The notes below the pieces were generated by a model that was not told the origin of the DNA, did no database searches, and saw only the letters and a program-made list of their open reading frames with translations. Both the position numbers and the translations under genes were made by a program. Shown here piece after piece: positions 57,055 to 64,000 of a DNA stretch of 64,000 nt. This DNA comes from an uncultured Anaerolineaceae bacterium (GTDB lineage: Bacteria; Chloroflexota; Anaerolineae; Anaerolineales; UBA11579), in contig CAZUTS010000002.1 in the NCBI GenBank assembly GCA_964623375.1, forward strand, positions 43,674-107,673, written 5' to 3'. How positions within the stretch are numbered: the stretch's first letter is position 1; every line of letters begins with the position of its first letter.

Positions 57055-58545
57055 ATGGACGTCCAGCCCCGCTCCGGCATCCTGCTGCACATCACCAGCC
57101 TGCCCGGCCGCTTCGGCGTCGGCGACCTAGGGCCACAGGCGTATGCCTGGGTAGATTTCCTCGCCGCCAGCCGCACGCGCTGGTGGCAGACCCTGCCGCT
57201 CGGCCCCACCGGCTACGGCGAATCGCCGTACCAGTCCTACTCCTCGTTTGCCCTCAATCCGCTGCTCATCAGCCCCGAGCTGCTGGTGCAGGATGGTCTG
57301 CTCGACGCGGCGCATCTGCACAGCGCGCCCAGCTTCCCCAGCCACAGCGTAGACTTCGCCGCTGTCACACAATGGAAACGCAGCCTGTACCAGGTTGCGT
57401 ACGCGCGCGTTGAGCACGCACCCGCCTTGCAAACTGAGTTCGATGCTTTTTGCAGCGCCCAGGCCAACTGGCTGGGTGATTACAGCCTGTTCATGACCCT
57501 CAAAGATCAATACGGCCAGCAAGCCTGGCCGCATTGGCCTGCAGAGCTGCGCGGCCGCCAGCCGGCGGCTTTGGCTGCCGCCCGCCAGCAGTTCGCCGAG
57601 CCGTACCGCTTCTATGCCTTTCAGCAATTCTTGCTGTTCCGCCAATGGCAGCGCCTGCGCGCCCACATGTCCGCCCGCGGTGTGGGCGTCATCGGCGATC
57701 TGCCCATCTACGTGGCGCACGACAGCGCCGATGTGTGGTGCCGCCCAGACCTGTTCGAGCTAGACGCTGCTGGCGCACCCCTGCGCGTCGCCGGCGTGCC
57801 GCCTGATATGTTCAGCGCCACCGGCCAATTGTGGGGCAACCCGCTCTACCGTTGGGATTTACACAAGAAGGATGGCTACGCCTGGTGGCTCAATCGCCTG
57901 CGCGCCACCCTGGCGCTCTCCGATGTCATTCGCCTCGATCACTTCCGCGGCTTCGCCACCTACTACGCCATTCCCGCCAGCGAAGACACCGCCATGCACG
58001 GCACCTGGGAGTTTGGCCCGGGTGCCGATTTCTTCGACACCGTTGAGCGTGAGCTCGGCCATCTGCCGCTGATCGCCGAAGACCTCGGTGGCGAGGCCGC
58101 ACCTGAGGTCATCGCCCTGCGTGATCATTTTCATCTGCCTGGCATGAAAGTATTCCAGTTTGGCTTTGAGTCGGATCGAGAGCATCCCTTCTTGCCGCAC
58201 AACTATCCGGTCAACTGCGTGGCCTACTCTGGCACGCATGACAATGACACCTTCCTCGGCTGGTATGCGCACGCCCCGCAAGTGCAGCGCCAGTTTTGCC
58301 TGGAGTACATCGGCACGGATGAGCAGCATCTGGCGTGGGATATGCTGCGCATGTTGTGGGGCTCGCAGGCCACGCTCACCGTAGCGCCCATTCAGGATTT
58401 TCTGGAGCTTGGCAGCCCGGCGCGTATGAATGTACCCGGCACTCCGTTGGGCAACTGGCACTGGCGCGTGGATGGTGCCGCGCTCACATCTGCATTGGCT
58501 CAACGAATCGCCGAACTCAACGCGCGCAATCAGCGTACGGCTTAA
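57055..58545 (+). CDS. malQ: 4-alpha-glucanotransferase (GH77)
   Basis: GILLHITSLP, GDLPIYV, AGVPPD.FSATGQLWGNP, RLDHFRG, IAEDLG, GTHDNDT and ARMNVPG motifs. Confidence 0.97.
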   Translation: MDVQPRSGILLHITSLPGRFGVGDLGPQAYAWVDFLAASRTRWWQTLPLGPTGYGESPYQSYSSFALNPLLISPELLVQDGLLDAAHLHSAPSFPSHSVDFAAVTQWKRSLYQVAYARVEHAPALQTEFDAFCSAQANWLGDYSLFMTLKDQYGQQAWPHWPAELRGRQPAALAAARQQFAEPYRFYAFQQFLLFRQWQRLRAHMSARGVGVIGDLPIYVAHDSADVWCRPDLFELDAAGAPLRVAGVPPDMFSATGQLWGNPLYRWDLHKKDGYAWWLNRLRATLALSDVIRLDHFRGFATYYAIPASEDTAMHGTWEFGPGADFFDTVERELGHLPLIAEDLGGEAAPEVIALRDHFHLPGMKVFQFGFESDREHPFLPHNYPVNCVAYSGTHDNDTFLGWYAHAPQVQRQFCLEYIGTDEQHLAWDMLRMLWGSQATLTVAPIQDFLELGSPARMNVPGTPLGNWHWRVDGAALTSALAQRIAELNARNQRTA

Positions 58546-58552
58546 TATTTTT

Positions 58553-58632
58553 CAACACAAAGACACAAAGAGCACAAAGTTTTTTATCTGTGTTCATCTG
58601 TGGAAAACTTCCTGCTGTATCTTTTGTGGTGA
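58553..58632. repeat. CACAAAG-unit repeat, copy 5
   Basis: CAACACAAAGACACAAAGAGCACAAAG...ATCTGTGTTCATCTGTGG...CTTTTGTGGTG after the malQ stop. Confidence 0.75.
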
Positions 58633-58776
58633 GGTTTGTTTGCTGACAAAGCGCTGCCCAGAATAACAGCCTTCGGGGAGCTGTCATTCCGGGCAGCTGT
58701 GGTTGGGCAGCGCCAACCCACTAAGGAGAAGTGCACGGGGAAGGTTAGTATCCGTGCGACTTGCTCCCCAGTATAG

Positions 58777-58806
58777 AAAAAACGACCCCGTTAGGGGTCG
58801 TTTTTT
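58777..58806. terminator. Bidirectional terminator
   Basis: AAAAAACGACCCC-gtta-GGGGTCGTTTTTT. Confidence 0.85.
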
Positions 58807-58808
58807 AG

Positions 58809-59444
58809 CTACTTCTTTTTCTTGGCCGCCGCCTTTTTAGCAGGCGCCTTCTTGGCAGGCGCAGCTTTCTTGGCTACGGGCTTGGCCGCCTTCTTTGCAG
58901 GGGCTTTCTTGGCCGCCAGCTTTTTAGCCGCTGCCTTCTTCGCCGCCGGCTTAGCCGCCTTCTTCTTGACCGCTGCTGCCTTCTTCACAGCCGCCTTAGG
59001 CGCTACCTTCTTGGCCGCCGGCTTGGCTGCCGGCTTTTTAGCCGCAGCCTTCTTCGCCGCGGTCTTCTTGACCGCCGGCTTCTTGGCCGCCGCTGCCTTC
59101 TTCACGGGCGCTGCCTTCTTAGCCGCAGGCTTCGGCGCCTCCGCCTTGGGGGCAAGGGCGGCCGGGGCAGGCGTTACCGGTGCGGGCTTGGGCGCTACGG
59201 GTGCTGGAGCACTGGCGGCTGGCTTGGCTGTGCCGGAAGGCGACCCCGAAGGGGACCCCGCAGGGGACCATTCTGGGGCGAAGCGCATCAACTGGTCACG
59301 CGGCACCACATTGGTGCGGGCGCAGCGCGGGCAATAAGCGTTGTAATGCTTCCAGCCCTTGGCCTCGATCTGGTCGAGCGCGGCGTGGATCGTTTCCTGG
59401 TTCAGGGTGAAAGGGGTGTGGCAATGCGTACAGCGTACAAGCAT
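58809..59444 (-). CDS. Zinc-ribbon protein with histone-H1-like Lys/Ala/Pro tail
   Basis: CTHC...CPRC N-terminal domain, Pro/Ala linker, then about 120 aa of KKAA/AKKP/PAKK repeats. Confidence 0.8.
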   Translation of the reverse strand: MLVRCTHCHTPFTLNQETIHAALDQIEAKGWKHYNAYCPRCARTNVVPRDQLMRFAPEWSPAGSPSGSPSGTAKPAASAPAPVAPKPAPVTPAPAALAPKAEAPKPAAKKAAPVKKAAAAKKPAVKKTAAKKAAAKKPAAKPAAKKVAPKAAVKKAAAVKKKAAKPAAKKAAAKKLAAKKAPAKKAAKPVAKKAAPAKKAPAKKAAAKKKK

Positions 59445-59471
59445 GGTTAACTCCTTTGTCGGTATCTGCAA

Positions 59472-60419
59472 TTATACATCTGGCGTTTGCGCCGCAGGCT
59501 TCAGCGTCGCAATTAAGATTCCTATAAGGATCAACGCCGCACCCAGCAGCTTCACTGTGCTGGGTACTTCGCCCAGTAGCAGCACGGCCAGTATGGTCGA
59601 GCTTACCGGCTCGCCCAGCAGCGCAATCGAAACGTACGAGGCGGGCAGGTGCGCCAGCGCCCAGTTGAAGCTGGAGTGGCCGATCAGCTGCGGCAGAACC
59701 GCCAGCAGCAGCAGGTACACATAGGTCATCGGCGCAAAGCCGAAGGCCGGCTGCCCCGAGAACGGCACCAGCGCCACCAGCACCACAGCCGCCACACCAT
59801 ATACAAGGAAGATATACGCCGTCAGCGAGAGCTGCGGCCGCAGCTTGCGCCCGATGAGGATATAGCCCGCCCCGGTCCACGCACCCACCAGCGCCAAAAA
59901 ATTGCCATAAAACGCGCGCCCGGCTACAAATTCGCTCAGCGGCGGGCAGCTCAGGCTGCCGGCTGCCAGGCTGCAGCTATCGGTCAGCGCCACCACCACG
60001 CCGCCCGCCAGTGCCACCAGCATGCCCAGCAGCACGCCGCGCCCCAAACGCTCCTTCAGCACCAGCGGCGCCAGCAGCGCTACCCACAGCGGGTTGGTGG
60101 TCACCAGCACCACCGAGCTGGCCACGCTCGTATATTCCAACGAGAGGATCCAGCTGGCAAAGTGCACCGCCAGCAGCACGCCGCTCAACGCCGCCAGGGC
60201 CAGGCCCTTGCGGTTCAGCCCACGCAGCTCGCCGCTGTGGCGCGGCAGGGTCAACGGGATCAGGATTAGCGCAGACAGCGCCATGCGGTAGGCGGCGATC
60301 ACCAGCGAGCCTACCTCTTGCTGCGCATGGCGGATCAGCAACGAAGACGACGCCACGGCAAATATGCCCAGCAACAGCACCACATGCGGCGGAAATTTGG
60401 GGTGGGTGGGGTCGCTCAC
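59472..60419 (-). CDS. DMT/EamA family transporter
   Basis: Ten TM helices in two EamA repeats; HF.SWI.SL.YTSVASS, LIGHSSFNW and LLGEPV motifs. Confidence 0.92.
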   Translation of the reverse strand: MSDPTHPKFPPHVVLLLGIFAVASSSLLIRHAQQEVGSLVIAAYRMALSALILIPLTLPRHSGELRGLNRKGLALAALSGVLLAVHFASWILSLEYTSVASSVVLVTTNPLWVALLAPLVLKERLGRGVLLGMLVALAGGVVVALTDSCSLAAGSLSCPPLSEFVAGRAFYGNFLALVGAWTGAGYILIGRKLRPQLSLTAYIFLVYGVAAVVLVALVPFSGQPAFGFAPMTYVYLLLLAVLPQLIGHSSFNWALAHLPASYVSIALLGEPVSSTILAVLLLGEVPSTVKLLGAALILIGILIATLKPAAQTPDV

Positions 60420-60438
60420 GGCCGAATGTGTACTTTTC

Positions 60439-60468
60439 TTGACAAAGGGGAAAGGCAGAGACTACAAT
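60439..60468 (+). promoter_or_regulatory. Sigma70-type promoter of sodA
   Basis: TTGACA-N18-TACAAT upstream of an RBS (AAGGAG) and ATG. Confidence 0.75.
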
Positions 60469-60528
60469 CGCCTCTGGCATTGTAACTTAACCTACTTTTG
60501 GCCGTTTCTCACTTGAAAGGAGTCCTAA

Positions 60529-61131
<603 letters not shown>

Positions 61132-61172
61132 GCGCTTCCTCGCCTGAGGGCGCACTCAGCAATACGCAAGAG

Positions 61173-61203
61173 ACATGGGCCAGTAAATTTTACTGGCCCA
61201 TGT
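61173..61203 (+). terminator. Stem-loop after sodA
   Basis: ACATGGGCCAGTAA/TTACTGGCCCATGT inverted repeat. Confidence 0.7.
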
Positions 61204-61273
61204 ACTTTCCGCTAAAAGAGGGCTAGCAAAAATAACAACCAGGGTGTAGAATTGCCTCAACGGAGATTTGCAA

Positions 61274-61699
61274 ATGACCCACATCATCACTAGCTTGTGC
61301 CTGCGCGACGGTGGTTGCGTAGAGGTTTGCCCTGTTGAATGTATCGTTCCCGGTATGCCCCAGGATCAACACCCTTGGTACTACATTGATCCTAACACCT
61401 GCATTGACTGCGGTGCCTGCATCCCCGAGTGTCCCTTTGAGGCCATCTACACTGAGGATGAAGTGCCCGATGCGTACGAAGCCAAGGCGGACCAGAAGCA
61501 GGCCAAGCCGGCCGGCACCCCTGGTTTTGCTGAGCACTACGAGGGCAGCAACCACCACGGCCACGCCGTGGTGATGGAAACGGTTAAGACCCTCACCGCG
61601 GGCGAGGCGCTTAACCTCCGTGACGACATCCAGGCCAACTACGATTACTTCACCAGCGGCCCCGGTTACTGGGACGGCTGGCAGCAGCACGCCAAGTAG
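61274..61699 (+). CDS. Dicluster (7Fe-type) ferredoxin with extended C-terminus
   Basis: C.....CVEVCPVECI and CIDCGACIPECP motifs, then EDEVP and a long insert before IQANYDYF. Confidence 0.9.
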   Translation: MTHIITSLCLRDGGCVEVCPVECIVPGMPQDQHPWYYIDPNTCIDCGACIPECPFEAIYTEDEVPDAYEAKADQKQAKPAGTPGFAEHYEGSNHHGHAVVMETVKTLTAGEALNLRDDIQANYDYFTSGPGYWDGWQQHAK

Positions 61700-61717
61700 C
61701 CTGAAAGCAAAAGAATC

Positions 61718-61746
61718 AAGAGCCCGCCAATTGGCGGGCTCTTTTT
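61718..61746. terminator. Terminator after ferredoxin gene
   Basis: AAGAGCCCGCCAATTGGCGGGCTCTTTTT. Confidence 0.85.
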
Positions 61747-61757
61747 CTTGCTGCAGT

Positions 61758-62384
61758 TTACACAGTCCTACTTTTCCGCTTGCGTGGGGCAGGCCTATCA
61801 AGCATCCCAGCTCTTTTTTCGGCTAAATATCTGCCAACCATGAATTGGCCATTGACGATGGCCAAGTAATAGAAAAGCAGGCCAAAGATCCACCAAGGTG
61901 GGTCTACCCCTGCTTTCAATGATTCTCTGCCAAGTAGTCTCCCAAATTGCGCACCAAAGACAGCCAGTGCTGGAATGCTTGCCAAGGAGAAAGAAAGTAG
62001 CAACTGCCCTAGTTTGGTTTTTGGTGTTATTTGTCCCCTATACAGTTGAATCGTGAAGTCAGCAAACCTAAACTGCAACGCAATGTAGAAAATGTAAATT
62101 CCACCAAGGATCAGCAGGCTGTGTGCAAAGTTCAGAAAGAACTTGGAGGCAACCATGCGTGCTGAGGCCAGAACAAGGATGACGTTAAAGACCAATACTC
62201 CATACTGCTTCGCACGGTCAAAGGGCTTTTTGTAATAGATGATCCCAACTGCAATGGAACATAACAAGCAAATTATGAACAAGCCCATAGAGAAGGATGG
62301 AATGCCATAGCTTAATGCGGAGACAATGATCAAGACCAAAGAAATAAGGACTGGAGAAACCCTTGGTGTTTTTTGAGGTTTCAT
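61758..62384 (-). CDS. Multi-TM membrane protein of unknown function (immunity-like)
   Basis: About 6 TM helices, RBS AAGGAG, AT-rich. Confidence 0.75.
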   Translation of the reverse strand: MKPQKTPRVSPVLISLVLIIVSALSYGIPSFSMGLFIICLLCSIAVGIIYYKKPFDRAKQYGVLVFNVILVLASARMVASKFFLNFAHSLLILGGIYIFYIALQFRFADFTIQLYRGQITPKTKLGQLLLSFSLASIPALAVFGAQFGRLLGRESLKAGVDPPWWIFGLLFYYLAIVNGQFMVGRYLAEKRAGMLDRPAPRKRKSRTV

Positions 62385-62415
62385 GGTTTCTATACTAACT
62401 CCTTATTCTGAATCT

Positions 62416-62754
62416 TCATCCAGTTGGCGAGAAATCTTCTATCCCTCTGATGTATTCGCTTAGTGCATCTTTCATTTGCTGGATTTGATCTGGATAGAAG
62501 ATGCTCACTCCTATTCCAAAGAAAATCGAACCAATAAGCACAGCTGTACCTGCGGCGGCGGCTGTTAAAAAACCTGCGCTTACTAAAAGCGCTGCTACAA
62601 CTGCCACAGCTGCGCCAATAACTAGGTTGACGCCAATGTCAACCAAGGTTGAACTCACAAAGTCATGTTTATCTCCACCTGCCTTATCCCTGAGAGTGAA
62701 ATCATAAAGGTTCAAAGCTAGAGAGCTGTAAATAGAAGACCCGCTAAAGTCCAA
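62416..62754 (-). pseudogene. Probable orphan C-terminal fragment of a polymorphic toxin (hydrophobic hairpin)
   Basis: No ATG or RBS; the frame is open upstream into the neighbouring gene. Contains a long Gly/Ala/Val hydrophobic stretch. Confidence 0.45.
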
Positions 62755-62785
62755 ACGGAGTGTTGGACTAAAAGAGTAGGCATCC

Positions 62786-63487
62786 TTAATGCGTTCCTTT
62801 GAGTTTTCTTGTACGTAGAACGAGAATAGTTCTATGACCTGCTATTATCGTTATCAGGATCAGAAAACAAGAACCTAGAAAGATAAGGAATGAGAGGCCA
62901 ATGTGGATAGTTTCTATTCTTGCGGCTACTCTTACCAGAGTGAAAATTCCACACCCTATTGCCAGTATCTGAAGGAATTTTCCGTATCCTATTAGCCTCC
63001 CTTGTTTCTTTTTTGTTCCTAGATTGAATTCCGGATATGATCTCGGAGCCCAATAAACTCCCATCAATGTGATGGCTGTAAAGATGGCAAGATACTCCAG
63101 CCTTGTGCTCTCCTGATGTTCAAAACCAGGCGCTATTGTTAGAACATCCATTGATAGTTTGAGAAACAACAAGGTCAAAACTAGTAGCCAAGCGATACTG
63201 AAGTTTGCAAATAGCAGAGCTTTCTGCTCTGCTCGCACGTTGGCATGCTTTGCCTGCTTGATACTCCAGAACTTGAATGTCATAAGTGCTTGGGCAAAGA
63301 GTAGTAATCCATACGTAGTGGCGTAGGAAGCAGAAAAAATGTGTTCTTGAGCCAGCAGGGCGGAAATTGGAAGAAGCACATAAAGGATCAGGAACCTAAT
63401 GGATATTTCGCTACAGCCCCTATCATGCCAGTAGGCTACTTGGCGTCGGAAAGTTTCTTCTGCTTCGTTTAGATAAAAATTGCTCAT
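62786..63487 (-). CDS. Multi-TM membrane protein of unknown function (immunity-like)
   Basis: About 6 TM helices, basic C-terminus, AT-rich. ATG at 63487 preferred over TTG at 63595. Confidence 0.7.
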   Translation of the reverse strand: MSNFYLNEAEETFRRQVAYWHDRGCSEISIRFLILYVLLPISALLAQEHIFSASYATTYGLLLFAQALMTFKFWSIKQAKHANVRAEQKALLFANFSIAWLLVLTLLFLKLSMDVLTIAPGFEHQESTRLEYLAIFTAITLMGVYWAPRSYPEFNLGTKKKQGRLIGYGKFLQILAIGCGIFTLVRVAARIETIHIGLSFLIFLGSCFLILITIIAGHRTILVLRTRKLKGTH

Positions 63488-63707
63488 GTGTACTCTTCCC
63501 CAGCTAAAGCAACCATAACAAACAACTGGGATTAACCAGCTTGCAATATTGCCAGCATGGATATCCGCAGACGTAATCCTTGACGCCTTGCACAAAGTAC
63601 GAATGCTTCTTCAAATTCACTGCTATACCCGCCAGCATGCCGCGCATCCACGTACACCGCCTCCCCATCAAGGCCCTTGAAGTTTAACGCCTGCCGCCCG
63701 CACCCTC

Positions 63708-63730
63708 ACCCATGATGATGATTAAAACTT
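63708..63730. repeat. 23-bp direct repeat, copy 2 (identical to 20707-20729)
   Basis: ACCCATGATGATGATTAAAACTT. Confidence 0.9.
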
Positions 63731-63808
63731 TTCAATGGACTAAAATGGGTGTGCGCCCATGGCCCAGTGCCAGCGGCCATAACACCACTACTTATCTCAA
63801 AGGACAGT

Positions 63809-64000
63809 ATGAGCCAAGACGTACGTATTGAACGTGACTCCCTCGGCGAAGTGAAAGTGCCTGCCGGGGCCTTCTATGGCGCACAGACCCAGCGTGCCGT
63901 AGAGAATTTCCCAGTCTCCGGTCTCAAGCCGTGGCGCGCCTTCGTATGGTCCATGGCCGCCATCAAGCGTGCCGCCGCCGATGTCAACACCGGCCTCGGC
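63809..64000 (+). CDS. fumC: Class II fumarate hydratase (fumarase/aspartase superfamily), 3' partial
   Basis: [29 protein letters not shown]; RBS AAGGA. AspA is not fully excluded. Confidence 0.75.
   Translation, partial: MSQDVRIERDSLGEVKVPAGAFYGAQTQRAVENFPVSGLKPWRAFVWSMAAIKRAAADVNTGLG

Noticed and set aside
58822-59337. Ala/Phe/Leu-rich plus-strand ORF
   Set aside because: It is the antisense reading of the Lys/Ala repeat tail; AAG/GCC codons give stop-free CTT/GGC.

Overview
A GC-rich bacterial chromosomal segment of mostly housekeeping genes. The gene repertoire and order (NBR1-Ig lipoprotein, baseplate-J-like N-terminus/ruvX/mltG, Cheo-type LexA boxes) suggest Chloroflexota, probably Anaerolineae; this is inference, not a database result. 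Core genes include mfd, pth, pyrG, eno, ahcY, recA, rpsD, mltG, ruvX, mgsA, malQ, sodA, a partial fumC, an initiator tRNA-Met, a cupredoxin/P1B-ATPase copper module and an ECF42-like sigma/YciI pair. No CRISPR array, rRNA, integrase or transposase was seen. The most interesting items are six. (1) An SbnI/SerK-like free-serine kinase lies directly downstream of a CBS-domain cystathionine beta-synthase and next to a cystathionine gamma-lyase, suggesting an O-phosphoserine-fed transsulfuration route. (2) Three AT-rich inserts: a secreted Cys-rich protein + membrane protein + solo LuxR; an orphan PD-(D/E)XK nuclease; and a membrane protein/toxin-tip fragment/membrane protein cassette. Two of these inserts have the same 23-bp sequence near their right edge. 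(3) A preQ1-I riboswitch with terminator ahead of a queuosine-precursor transporter. (4) A zinc-ribbon protein with a histone-H1-like tail. (5) A class A PBP homologue with both active sites degenerate. (6) Several dispersed intergenic palindromic and short-tandem repeat families. All functional calls come from motif recognition by eye; no searches were run.
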